From Patescibacteria group bacterium (lineage in GTDB: Bacteria; Patescibacteriota; Patescibacteriia; Magasanikbacterales; GWA2-37-8), in assembly GCA_022710645.1 (NCBI GenBank), contig JAKLGL010000002.1:212176-276175 (forward strand): a stretch of DNA of 64,000 nucleotides, written 5' to 3'. A program made the position numbers and the translations under genes. This document shows, piece after piece, positions 41,962-51,448 of the stretch (positions are counted from its first letter, which is position 1; each line of letters opens with the position of its first letter). The notes beneath the pieces are model-generated. The model was not told the origin of the DNA and did no database searches. It was given only the letters and a program-made list of their open reading frames with translations.

Positions 41962-42117
41962 TTATTTTTTAAATTTAGCAAGCTCAGCTTCAAATTCCTC
42001 AAAAGTAATTTCTACATATTTTTCTTTGCTTTGATGACAAGTCGGACAAATTTCCGGCGGATTAACTCCGACGTGGAGATCCCCGCAAATTGTACAAAGC
42101 CAGTATTTTTTCTGCAT
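41962..42117 (-). CDS. Small rubredoxin-like zinc-ribbon protein (51 aa), not in the ORF track
   Basis: MQKKYWLCTICGDLHVGVNPPEICPTCHQSKEKYVEITFEEFEAELAKFKK has the CxxCG...CPxC rubredoxin knuckles. Confidence 0.45.
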   Translation of the reverse strand: MQKKYWLCTICGDLHVGVNPPEICPTCHQSKEKYVEITFEEFEAELAKFKK

Positions 42118-42324
42118 AAACAATATAAATTATATACTACTATCTTAACATTTATTATGAAAAAAAACAACTAAGAAAACAAAAAAGTAGCTTATATTAG
42201 CCACTTTAAGAAACAAAAACAATTTTTAGGATATTTTTGTAAGCTATAATTTTGTTTTATAATACCACATAACAATATTATAAAAAATTTATATTAATTT
42301 TTAACTAATGAATCTAACCAAAAC

Positions 42325-42918
42325 TTAAAATTTAATCCCATTCTGTTTTAATTCTTTCTTCAATTGATCTACTGACTGGAACAAAATTGTTTTCATTCCT
42401 AATTTCTTAGCTGGAATCAAAACTTTTTCTTGATCATCAATAAAGATACATTCATTTGCTTGAGCACTTATTTTGTCTAAAGCGATTTTATATATTAATT
42501 TGTCCGGCTTAATAATACCGATTTCATGAGATAAAATTAAATGTTTAAAATACGAATACCAACCTTGTTCTTTATACTTAACCGAATTTAACAAATCAGA
42601 ATTTGATAGTATTGCAAGAACGTATCTTTTTTTTAAAATTTTAACTAAATCAAGCATCTCTTTTGTTGGTGCCCAAGTGGTTGTCCATGCTTCAACAATT
42701 TCTTTCATCTTTTCTTCAGAAATCGGCACTTTAAAAAAATTTTTAAAGCAATCAACATAATCAATTAAGCCTTTATTATAATTAGCATCAAAAGTAATTC
42801 CGTTACTATTCGAAATCTTTTTATTAATACCTAAAATTTTATAAGATTGATTTATAAAATTAACTGAACTGCCGCTCATATAAACCCCTCCAACATCAAA
42901 TATAATTACTTTTAACAT
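42325..42918 (-). CDS. HAD-superfamily hydrolase
   Basis: Motif I IIFDVGGV plus C-terminal DD motifs. The gene is AT-rich. Confidence 0.6.
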   Translation of the reverse strand: MLKVIIFDVGGVYMSGSSVNFINQSYKILGINKKISNSNGITFDANYNKGLIDYVDCFKNFFKVPISEEKMKEIVEAWTTTWAPTKEMLDLVKILKKRYVLAILSNSDLLNSVKYKEQGWYSYFKHLILSHEIGIIKPDKLIYKIALDKISAQANECIFIDDQEKVLIPAKKLGMKTILFQSVDQLKKELKQNGIKF

Positions 42919-42949
42919 AGAATGTTATTATTAATCTATTCTCTCATAA

Positions 42950-42985
42950 AAATACCCCAGCTTCAAGTCAGGGTATTTTTTAAAA
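42950..42985 (-). terminator. Intrinsic terminator (ATACCC...GGGTAT)
   Basis: aaaaATACCCcagcttcaagtcaGGGTATtttttaaaa downstream of the 43131 gene. Confidence 0.45.
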
Positions 42986-43130
42986 GCGGTGACGATGTCC
43001 GGAACTTTGAACCGATGAGACGACTAAACTTCGGTAATCTTGATAAAAGTATACAGAAACTAAAGAAAATTTATAGGAAAAAACCAGAATGGTTTGAAAT
43101 TCCTAATTTTGCCCAAAAGACCTACTGATA

Positions 43131-44276
43131 TCATTCCAACAATCCAGGAAAGTTTTTCAATACAAACTGTTCGAAATTATCAACCTCTTTGACTGGTCGA
43201 TTTTGATAATCGCAGTAAAGCCCAAAAATCAAATCTCTTAATTGGTTCTTTTCATATTTTTCAAAATATTCTTGAGATTTATTTTTGAAATCTTCAATCG
43301 TTGTTATTTCTAGCTCCGCACATCTGACTTTCAAACTTTCGCTTTGTGCTAGAAATTTCTGAAATTGTTCTTCGGTAATACCAGAAATTTTTCGCACAAA
43401 ATCTTCATAAGATTGCGGTTTTTCTCCCTTCTTAAAAACATCATTGTAGGTTCTTATAAATTCCTCACATAGTAAACTAAAATATCCTTCACCGTAGTCT
43501 TGCTTTAATTTTTCACTAGCAAGCTGTGATACCTTTTCTTTTTGTTCATCTGTCAGTAATTGAGATAACTTTTCTACAATAGGATTTATAACACTATGTG
43601 AAAACTCATGATCTAAATTATCCAGATTTTCTATGTGAGTTTTTAAGACCAATTCTTGGCTAAATATAAAAGCAGCTCCGGAATCTTTTTTATACAGCGG
43701 ATCAGTCGGCATTAAGGAGATTTTTCTGATCTCTGTTTTTTTTGGATCGGGTCTGAAGAATGCAATTAATTGTTCAATTCTTACTCGTGTTTCGGACGAA
43801 ATTTCTTCCCGTGCTTTTTTATCTTTTTCAATTTCAACGGCTATTTCCCTGAATAGTGGTGACAAAGAAAAAGAATGCTCAAATGATTCAAGCACCCGAA
43901 AGAGTTTTTGCTGAAGCTGTTCTGGATTTTCAATATAAGATTTATGTTTTCTGATAACTTTAAATGCGCCTTCGTTTCTTTCTGGATGCCCATAAGTAAG
44001 AGCTAAAATATATAAAACTTCCTCATCAACACCATTTTCCTGCAAAACCCTATTCTCATCCAAAAATTCAGAAATATCAGAACTTAATGGGTTCTCCTGA
44101 AAATATCTTTTTGCTTTTTCAGATACAGGACTATCAGAATTTCCCCATTCTGGATTTTTGGCTTTCAGAATCGCAGAGAGTAGTTGTGCGCCATTTTCTT
44201 CTTGTATTAAAATCTCTGGAGTTTTTAAAACCTCAGGGCTGGTTTGCGATTCAATTTTTTGCTCAAAATTTTCCAT
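43131..44276 (-). CDS. Hypothetical protein with an HExxH motif (possible zinc metallopeptidase)
   Basis: 381 aa. It has an LDHEFSHSV motif, no TM or signal peptide, and low GC. Confidence 0.4.
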   Translation of the reverse strand: MENFEQKIESQTSPEVLKTPEILIQEENGAQLLSAILKAKNPEWGNSDSPVSEKAKRYFQENPLSSDISEFLDENRVLQENGVDEEVLYILALTYGHPERNEGAFKVIRKHKSYIENPEQLQQKLFRVLESFEHSFSLSPLFREIAVEIEKDKKAREEISSETRVRIEQLIAFFRPDPKKTEIRKISLMPTDPLYKKDSGAAFIFSQELVLKTHIENLDNLDHEFSHSVINPIVEKLSQLLTDEQKEKVSQLASEKLKQDYGEGYFSLLCEEFIRTYNDVFKKGEKPQSYEDFVRKISGITEEQFQKFLAQSESLKVRCAELEITTIEDFKNKSQEYFEKYEKNQLRDLIFGLYCDYQNRPVKEVDNFEQFVLKNFPGLLE

Positions 44277-44376
44277 AGTTCGAATCCATTGTGGGTTCAG
44301 CTGTTTTTGTTAATTTAGTTTTTAAAAATGCACCGCAAAATAAAGGGATTTTGGCTACTATTTTCAAAACTACTAG

Positions 44377-44459
44377 CGGAGAGAGAGGGATTCGAACCCT
44401 CGAAACCTTTCGGTTTACACGCTTTCCAAGCGTGCGCCATCGACCACTAGGCGACCTCT
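44377..44459 (-). tRNA. tRNA-Ser (anticodon GGA), class II with a long variable arm
   Basis: The reverse strand reads GGAGAGGTCGCCTAGTGGTCGATGGC-G-CACGC-TTGGAAA-GCGTG-TAAACCGAAAGGTTTC-GAGGG-TTCGAAT-CCCTC.... Acceptor 3' pairing is imperfect in my reading, so the ends are approximate. Confidence 0.7.
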
Positions 44460-44513
44460 CCAGTATTTTGATGTCTCAAATAATATCAAACTGTAAGAAA
44501 AAAGTCAATTATT

Positions 44514-44546
44514 TAAAACTACCGCCTTTTTAACAGCGGTAGTTTT
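44514..44546 (-). terminator. Bidirectional intrinsic terminator (CTACCGC...GCGGTAG)
   Basis: Between the tRNA-Ser and the LOG gene. Confidence 0.45.
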
Positions 44547-44560
44547 AAAAATATTATTTT

Positions 44561-45886
44561 TTACAAATATTGCTCCAATTCCTCGGGACTGTCTATTATA
44601 CTTATCAACTCTTTATCGCTTTGAGAAATGGTTTTGAAATCAGTATACAAACCGTTAATAATATCTCTCATCGGTTCCCAAAATTCTTTTCCATATAATA
44701 CAATTCTTATGCCAGCGGTTTTTTTGGTTTCAAGCAAAGTCAAAACTTCAAATAAATTATGCATGGTACCAAGCGAACCTGGAAAAAATACCAAGACTTC
44801 CGAAGCGGCCATCAATGTCATTTTTCGAATAAAAGGAAAAGTAAAGCCCATGGTTTGGTTAACATATTTATTCAACAATTCTTTATATTTCATTTTCATA
44901 AAAACTCCGATACTTTTACCCCCGTTCTCTATCGCCCCTTTGTTGGCAGCCTCCATAACCCCCATTCCGCCTCCGGTAATAGTAACAAATTTTCTTTTTG
45001 CCAATATTTTACCAACTTCATAAGCTTCGTTATAATATTTTGTTCCGGGTAAAATATTTTTTGTACCCAAAACCGTCACACTTCTCATAGGGACATTTTC
45101 CGTCAAAAATTCAAAACTGTTTACCAATTCCGCCATAATACGAAACATACGCCAGTTTGCTTCGCCTTGCATATAAGGATTTTCCGTAGTATCGGATTCT
45201 ACAGTGGTGACATCCTGAGCGTTTTTTAACAATTCCAATACCTCATCAGCCGTATTTACCAAATAAAAAGAATCTAGGACTTTCGAATCCAACGCTTTTA
45301 TTTTTTCGCAAGATTGCTGTCTGACAAAATTGATAATAGGTTGCCAATAATCTTTACCTACCATGATCACCGGCATTTTTTCCATTTGATTCATCTCCAT
45401 GGAATCTATGACTTCAAAAAATTCATCCAAGGTTCCGAAACCTCCGGGCAACAAAATAAGGCCGTTTGCCGGAGCTGTCAACATTACTTTACGAGTATAA
45501 AAATATTCCAAAGCTATGGATTTTTTTACATAAGGATTTATGCGTTGTTCAAACGGCAACTGTATATTGATACCTATACTTTCACCTCCGGCTTCATAAG
45601 CTCCTTTATTGGCCGCTTCCATAATACCGGGACCGCCACCGGTAATCACGGTAAAACCGTGTTGCGCCAATTTATACCCAATCTCTTGAGCTATTTTATA
45701 ATATTTATTATTAGCCGGAATACGCGCCGAACCCATCACCGTCACTTCATTTTTTAATTCCTTCAAAAATTTCAACCCTTCAACCATCTCCGAAACCATA
45801 CTAAAAATTTTCCAACTATCACGGAAATTTACGAGATTTCCACCAGTAATTATATTTTGCGCCTGGTTTTTATTGTTTTCGGACAT
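44561..45886 (-). CDS. Tandem-duplicated LOG-family (TIGR00730, cytokinin-riboside-monophosphate phosphoribohydrolase-like) protein
   Basis: Two full LOG modules, each with GGGPGIMEAANKGA / PGGFGTLDE-type motifs. The start is probably MSENNKNQ rather than the TTG at 45925. Coordinates here may be off by about 1 nt. Confidence 0.7.
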   Translation of the reverse strand: MSENNKNQAQNIITGGNLVNFRDSWKIFSMVSEMVEGLKFLKELKNEVTVMGSARIPANNKYYKIAQEIGYKLAQHGFTVITGGGPGIMEAANKGAYEAGGESIGINIQLPFEQRINPYVKKSIALEYFYTRKVMLTAPANGLILLPGGFGTLDEFFEVIDSMEMNQMEKMPVIMVGKDYWQPIINFVRQQSCEKIKALDSKVLDSFYLVNTADEVLELLKNAQDVTTVESDTTENPYMQGEANWRMFRIMAELVNSFEFLTENVPMRSVTVLGTKNILPGTKYYNEAYEVGKILAKRKFVTITGGGMGVMEAANKGAIENGGKSIGVFMKMKYKELLNKYVNQTMGFTFPFIRKMTLMAASEVLVFFPGSLGTMHNLFEVLTLLETKKTAGIRIVLYGKEFWEPMRDIINGLYTDFKTISQSDKELISIIDSPEELEQYL

Positions 45887-45896
45887 ATATTTATTT

Positions 45897-47366
45897 TTAA
45901 TCTTTTTTCGTAAGAAATTTTCCAACTTGCAACAATAGACCTTCTTTCATTTTATCACCTATAATCTGGGTGCCTATAGGTAATCCTTCGGCGGTAAAAC
46001 CTGTCGGTACGGACAAAGCCGGATACCCGGCTACGGCCGCGGGAGATAACATCACATCCGCCAAATACATTTGCAAAGGATCGGATTTTTTTTCTCCCAA
46101 TTCAAAAGCCGGAAAAGGAGAAGTTGGCGCGATTAAAATATCAACTTCTTTAAAAACTTTTTCAAAATCTGATTTGATTAAAGTTCGGACTTTCTGAGCT
46201 TTTTTGTAATACGCCTCATAATAACCGGCTGACAAAACATAAGTTCCGATAAGAATACGTCTTTTGACTTCTTCCGGAAAACCATTAGCGCGAGAAACCT
46301 CGTATAATTCACTCAAACTTTTAATTTTCTTTTCACGAACCCCGTAACGTATTCCATCCAAACGAGCCATATTGGAACTATCTTCACTTGGCACGACAAT
46401 ATAATAAACCGCCATTGCATATTTCGTATGAGGTAAACTTACTTCCACTATCTCCGCGCCCTGTTCTTTAAATTTTTCTATTTGATATAAAACATTTTTC
46501 TTTATTTCTTCATTTATTCCTTCAATTTCAAAATATTCTTTGGGTATACCGACAACTAATTTGGATTTTTTTCCACCAGAGGCGGATCCGCCTTGGGCGG
46601 AAATTTCTTTTTCCGCAATCAAATCATAATTATCAACCGTCGCAACAGTGGTTGTAGCATCCTTTTTATCGGTTCCGGCCATATATTTCAAAACGATAGC
46701 CAAATCTTCGGCAGTTCGCGCCATAGGACCAACCACATCAAGAGATGAAGCCATGGGCATTACACCGTAACGTGAATTACGTCCGTAAGTAGGACGTAAA
46801 CCAAAAACCCCGCAAAAACTAGCCGGCTGACGAATAGATCCGCCTGTATCTTCGGCAATGGAATAAAAACACATGTGATCAGCTACACTGACCGCGCTTC
46901 CGCCAGAGCTTCCACCGCTGACTTTTTTTAAATTATAAGGATTTCTTACCGCCCCGTACATACTGTTTTCGTTACTGGCGCCGTGACCAAAAGCATCACA
47001 ATTGGTCTTTCCTATCAAAACTCCTCCGGCCTTGCGAATTTTTTCCACCACTGTAGCTTCAAAAACCGGGGTGTAGTTGTCCAATATTTTTGCCGCAGCC
47101 GTAGATCTTATATCTGCCGTGGCTATGGAATCTTTTACAGAAAAAGGTATGCCCGTTAACTCTGTCGCCTGTCCGTTTTCAATCATTTCATCCGCCAATT
47201 TTGCCTCGGCTATTGCTCTATCTTCGCTAATCGTAATAAAAGCATTTAAATCTTTGTTTCTTTTTTTAATTTGCGCTAAACAAGCCTGCGTTAATTCAAC
47301 ACTGGTAAACTGTTTCTTTCGTAAACCTTCAGCAGCCTGTTTTAATGTCAATTTGTGCAATTCCAT
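45897..47366 (-). CDS. gatA: Glutamyl-tRNA(Gln)/aspartyl-tRNA(Asn) amidotransferase subunit A
   Basis: Amidase signature GGSSGGSAV. The likely start is MELHKL at 47366, which abuts the gatC stop. Confidence 0.85.
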   Translation of the reverse strand: MELHKLTLKQAAEGLRKKQFTSVELTQACLAQIKKRNKDLNAFITISEDRAIAEAKLADEMIENGQATELTGIPFSVKDSIATADIRSTAAAKILDNYTPVFEATVVEKIRKAGGVLIGKTNCDAFGHGASNENSMYGAVRNPYNLKKVSGGSSGGSAVSVADHMCFYSIAEDTGGSIRQPASFCGVFGLRPTYGRNSRYGVMPMASSLDVVGPMARTAEDLAIVLKYMAGTDKKDATTTVATVDNYDLIAEKEISAQGGSASGGKKSKLVVGIPKEYFEIEGINEEIKKNVLYQIEKFKEQGAEIVEVSLPHTKYAMAVYYIVVPSEDSSNMARLDGIRYGVREKKIKSLSELYEVSRANGFPEEVKRRILIGTYVLSAGYYEAYYKKAQKVRTLIKSDFEKVFKEVDILIAPTSPFPAFELGEKKSDPLQMYLADVMLSPAAVAGYPALSVPTGFTAEGLPIGTQIIGDKMKEGLLLQVGKFLTKKD

Positions 47367-47367
47367 A

Positions 47368-47667
47368 TTATTCTTCCGTTGAATTTTCAAAAACTCCGGG
47401 GACAACCAACATGCCGGCATATTTTTCCGGAAATTGTTTAACAAGTTCTTGATTAAAAGAACATTTTTTTATTTCGTCATTACGCCAAACATTTTTCAAA
47501 TCATTTACTTCAAAAGTCGGCTCGACTTTTTCCGTATCAACTTCGTTTAAAATTTGCATATAATCAAGCACTACCGATATTGTTTCGGTATGTCTTTTTT
47601 CTTCTTCCGAAGTCAAACTGATTTTCGCCAAATTGGCAATTTTTTTTACATCTTCCAAAGTAATCAT
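47368..47667 (-). CDS. gatC: Amidotransferase subunit C
   Basis: 99-aa GatC. Confidence 0.8.
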   Translation of the reverse strand: MITLEDVKKIANLAKISLTSEEEKRHTETISVVLDYMQILNEVDTEKVEPTFEVNDLKNVWRNDEIKKCSFNQELVKQFPEKYAGMLVVPGVFENSTEE

Positions 47668-47673
47668 GTTTTT

Positions 47674-49113
47674 TTAAATTTCTTTAACTACTAAAAAATT
47701 AACTTTTCCTTGTAAGCCGACAGGTTCACCGCCTATCATCACCACTCTTTCTCCTTTGTTACCCAATTTATGTTGTCTGACATAATTTACAAAACCACGA
47801 GTCAAATCTTCTACGGTTTTACATTTATTCAAAACAAAAGGAACAATGCCCCAAGAAAAACAAAGTTGTCTACAACCTCTTACTGTTTCAGTCCCAACCA
47901 AAACCATTTTTTCCGAACGAAAACGACTGACCAAGCGCCCGGTTTTTCCCGTTGCCGAAGCCACCAAAATCATTTTAGCGTTTATTTTTTTTGCCAGTAA
48001 AGGCGTCAAACTGGAAATCGATTTACTTATAGAAGTGCTTTCTTTGTATGAAATCAAATTAAAATCATCATACTTGGATTTCTCCGTTTGTTCTATAATT
48101 TTTGCCATTGTTTCAACTACCAATACAGGATGTTTTCCGACAGCTGTCTCATTGCTAAGCATCAAAGCGTCGGCATGATCTATTACCGCATTGGCAACAT
48201 CGGTTATTTCTGCGCGAGTAGGGCGCAGTTTTTCTTGCATGGAATCAAGCATTTGGGTGGCTACTATAACCGGTTTGGTCGCTTCATTGGCTTTGTCAAT
48301 AATTTTCTTTTGTAAAAGCGGTAATTGAGACATATTTGTCTCCATAGCCAAATCTCCGCGAGCAACCATTACCCCGTCGGTTTCCGCTATAATTTCATCT
48401 AAATTATCTATGGCTTCATGTTGTTCTATTTTAGAAACTATGAAAATAGGCTGTTCATTTTTAATTTTCATTTTCTTTTCAAACGACAAAATGGTTTTTC
48501 TGGCTTGAATTATGTCATCAGCCGATTTTACAAAAGATAAAGCGACTGCATCTACTCCGAGTTTTATGCCAAATTTTAAATCCTCCTTATCTTTTTTACT
48601 CAAAGCCGGGATATCTTTTAGATCAGTATCGGGCAAATTAATTCCTTTATGCGAAAAAACCGCACCTCCTTGGATGACTTTACATTTTATTTTATTTCCA
48701 AAAACCTTTTCTACCGTCAATTCTATATTGCCGTCATCTATCAAAATAGTGTTTCCTTTTTTAAAATGTTTTTGTAAACCCGGATAAATCAAAGGTAATT
48801 CTCCATCTTTATAATTTTTTTCTCCTACGGCAATAACGGTTTTTCCGCCATTTACCAATTTTATTCCTGTTTCCGGCATTTCACCTATACGAATTTTAGG
48901 ACCTTGTAAATCCTGCATAACAGCTATCGGCACATGAAGTTTTTTCTCCGCTTGTCTTATATTTTTTATCAACAGTTCATGACTGGAATAAGAACCGTGC
49001 GAAAAATTTAAACGAAAAACATTAACTCCGGCTTTTACCATTTTTTCTATTATTTGATATTCTTGACTACTCGGTCCTAAAGTCGCCACTATCTTGGTTT
49101 TTTTTTCAAACAT
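47674..49113 (-). CDS. pyk: Pyruvate kinase
   Basis: KIVATLGPSS...NFSHG and other pyruvate kinase motifs. Confidence 0.9.
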   Translation of the reverse strand: MFEKKTKIVATLGPSSQEYQIIEKMVKAGVNVFRLNFSHGSYSSHELLIKNIRQAEKKLHVPIAVMQDLQGPKIRIGEMPETGIKLVNGGKTVIAVGEKNYKDGELPLIYPGLQKHFKKGNTILIDDGNIELTVEKVFGNKIKCKVIQGGAVFSHKGINLPDTDLKDIPALSKKDKEDLKFGIKLGVDAVALSFVKSADDIIQARKTILSFEKKMKIKNEQPIFIVSKIEQHEAIDNLDEIIAETDGVMVARGDLAMETNMSQLPLLQKKIIDKANEATKPVIVATQMLDSMQEKLRPTRAEITDVANAVIDHADALMLSNETAVGKHPVLVVETMAKIIEQTEKSKYDDFNLISYKESTSISKSISSLTPLLAKKINAKMILVASATGKTGRLVSRFRSEKMVLVGTETVRGCRQLCFSWGIVPFVLNKCKTVEDLTRGFVNYVRQHKLGNKGERVVMIGGEPVGLQGKVNFLVVKEI

Positions 49114-49124
49114 AATTTAAATAA

Positions 49125-49523
49125 TTAGCGTAACAACGCTTTTAATTGTTCTTTTTTAGCTTGGTCTATAGGTAATTGTTTTAATAAAGCATCTAAAAAT
49201 GCTCCTTGTTGTGCGCTTCCATCTTTACAAACATCCACTCCGGCAAAAACATCGGCCGCTCGCAAAAGATTGTTGATACCCGGCAATAAATAGAAGAAAC
49301 CGATTATTATCGGAATTAAAATTACAGCCACTTTTAAATAATCAAAAAACGAAGACCAAAAAAGTTTACGATTTATTTTACGATTTTGTTCGTAAATAAT
49401 TTGCGACCATTTTAAATTATTGGTCAATAATTCATTGAGTTTTTCCAAAGTTACAGGATTTTCAGTTCGTATCTTATCACTTTCTACCTCTTTTTGTTTT
49501 TCAATTTTTTCATCTTCTGCCAT
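49125..49523 (-). CDS. Hypothetical membrane protein
   Basis: 132 aa with one TM. Confidence 0.4.
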   Translation of the reverse strand: MAEDEKIEKQKEVESDKIRTENPVTLEKLNELLTNNLKWSQIIYEQNRKINRKLFWSSFFDYLKVAVILIPIIIGFFYLLPGINNLLRAADVFAGVDVCKDGSAQQGAFLDALLKQLPIDQAKKEQLKALLR

Positions 49524-49535
49524 AAATATTTATTT

Positions 49536-49982
49536 TTAAGAGATTTTTTTAACCTCTTTTTCAAAATTTTTAACATCTTTAAAGTCGCGATAAACACTAG
49601 CAAAACGAATATACGCCACTTTGTCAAAAGTTTTCAGATGCTTCATTACCAATTCTCCAACTTCCTTACTGGTTAATTCACGTTTCTTTTTCTTTTGAAT
49701 ATCTCTTTCTATAGCATGTATAAGTTTGGAAAAAGATTCTTCGGTAAAAGATCTTTTGGTTAACGGTATTCTCAAACTTTTCTCCAATTTTTCGCGCATA
49801 TAAGCTTCACGACGTCCGTCGTTTTTGATTACCACCAAATCCAAAAGCTCGGTTTCTTCTTTGGTTGAAAAACGGTAATGACATTTATCGCATTCTCGAC
49901 GACGACGAATAACCATCCCATCGGAACTGGGACGAGAATCAACGACACTTGTTTCTTTATTATTACACACCGGACAATACAT
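49536..49982 (-). CDS. nrdR: Transcriptional repressor NrdR
   Basis: MYCPVCNNKETSVVDSR zinc ribbon plus ATP-cone. Confidence 0.85.
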   Translation of the reverse strand: MYCPVCNNKETSVVDSRPSSDGMVIRRRRECDKCHYRFSTKEETELLDLVVIKNDGRREAYMREKLEKSLRIPLTKRSFTEESFSKLIHAIERDIQKKKKRELTSKEVGELVMKHLKTFDKVAYIRFASVYRDFKDVKNFEKEVKKIS

Positions 49983-49992
49983 AATAAAAAAT

Positions 49993-51339
49993 TTAATTGT
50001 TACCCATTTTTTTTCTCAAAAACGCCGGTATTTCCAATTCACCCGCCTCTTCTTCGGTTGCGGCTTTAGGAGCCAAAGATGCGTTCTTAAAATTACCTGC
50101 GGAATTTACGGGAATATTATTGTTTATTGTTGAACGATTAAAAGAAGTGTTTTTTTCTTCTTCTTTGGTTTTTTCCACTTTATGAAAACCTCCAAAAAAA
50201 TTTCCTATTCCCGTAACTTCCTTTTCTTTCGGAACGGAAAGTGTAGAAAAATTGTTCTTCTTTACCAAATCGTTAAATTTTCTCTCTTCTTCTTCTTTTT
50301 GTTTCTGAACTTTGAATCTATCCGGATTGGAAATTCCGGTATAAACCGGTCGTACAGATATATCTTCTTCGGAAAGATAACGACGGTGATCGTCAAAACC
50401 GGTAGCTATTACCGTAATTTTTATCTTGCCACTCATGGTTTCATCTATCGTAACACCAAAAATTACTTTTGCATCTTCAGCAGCCGAAGAAGTGATTATT
50501 TTCGCGGCTTCATCTATTTCGTGCATCATCAAATCCGGCCCTCCGGTAACTGTAAATAAAATCCCGGAAGCCCCATCAATGGAAAGTTCCAATAACGGCG
50601 AAGAAATAGCAGCTTTAGCAGCTATTGCAGCTCTATTTTCACCTTCTCCTATTCCTATTCCCATCAAAGCCGAACCTGTATCTTGCATAATGGTTTTCAC
50701 GTCCGCAAAATCAACATTTATCATTCCGTGCACGGTTATGGAATCGGAAATACCTTGAACGCCTTGCCTTAAGACATCGTCAACAATATTGAAAGCGTCA
50801 AGTAAAGAAGTTTTTTTATCGATAACTTGCATGACTCTGTCATTTGGCACTGTAATAATAGTATCTACATATTTTGCCAAATCTTCCCAACATTTTTCAG
50901 CTATTTCCTTGCGTTTCGGACCTTCAAAAGAAAAAGGCTTGGTAACAACCGCTACTGTTAAAGCTCCGAGTTCTTTGGCGATTTCAGCTACTACCGGTGA
51001 AGCTCCCGACCCTGTTCCTCCTCCTAAACCGCAAGTAATAAAAACCATATCGGCATCTTTGAGAACTTCTCTAATTTCATTTTGAGATTCTTCAGCCGCA
51101 CGACGACCGACTCCGGGGTCCATACCCGCTCCCAAACCGCGAGTTACGGTTTTTCCAATGTGTATTTTTTGCGGCGCGCTATTGTGATGTAAAGCTTGTA
51201 CATCCGTATTCATGGCGATAAAATCTATTCCGCGAATTCTGGCCGCCATCATTCTATTTATAGCCGAGCCGCCCGAGCCTCCGACTCCGACAACTTTTAT
51301 CTTGGCAAAAGTTTCCAATTCAGGTTTTACTTGTGGCAT
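49993..51339 (-). CDS. ftsZ: Cell division protein FtsZ
   Basis: GVGGSGGSAINRMM and GGGTGSGASPV tubulin signature. Confidence 0.9.
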   Translation of the reverse strand: MPQVKPELETFAKIKVVGVGGSGGSAINRMMAARIRGIDFIAMNTDVQALHHNSAPQKIHIGKTVTRGLGAGMDPGVGRRAAEESQNEIREVLKDADMVFITCGLGGGTGSGASPVVAEIAKELGALTVAVVTKPFSFEGPKRKEIAEKCWEDLAKYVDTIITVPNDRVMQVIDKKTSLLDAFNIVDDVLRQGVQGISDSITVHGMINVDFADVKTIMQDTGSALMGIGIGEGENRAAIAAKAAISSPLLELSIDGASGILFTVTGGPDLMMHEIDEAAKIITSSAAEDAKVIFGVTIDETMSGKIKITVIATGFDDHRRYLSEEDISVRPVYTGISNPDRFKVQKQKEEEERKFNDLVKKNNFSTLSVPKEKEVTGIGNFFGGFHKVEKTKEEEKNTSFNRSTINNNIPVNSAGNFKNASLAPKAATEEEAGELEIPAFLRKKMGNN

Positions 51340-51352
51340 AAATTTTTTCTTA

Positions 51353-51385
51353 GAAAACGAACACTTTTTGTGTTCGTTTTTCTGT
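51353..51385 (-). terminator. Hairpin/terminator in the ftsA-ftsZ intergenic region (ACGAACAC...GTGTTCGT)
   Basis: Flanked by A and T runs. It is a possible partial terminator/attenuator upstream of ftsZ. Confidence 0.4.
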
Positions 51386-51448
51386 TTATTTATTAAAAGA
51401 AAAATTACACCCTTATTTTATAATTAAACACTCGGAGTGTCAAGAAAA

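Noticed and set aside
42922-43128. 68-aa plus-strand ORF in the HAD / 43131-gene intergenic region
   Set aside because: It spans a terminator hairpin and a promoter region, has no RBS, and is likely spurious.
45887-45925. TTG-initiated N-terminal extensions of the LOG ORF (to 45925) and the gatA ORF (to 47444)
   Set aside because: The extensions overlap upstream genes (gatA 3' end, gatC). Internal ATG codons (MSENN..., MELHKL...) give standard adjacent-gene spacing.
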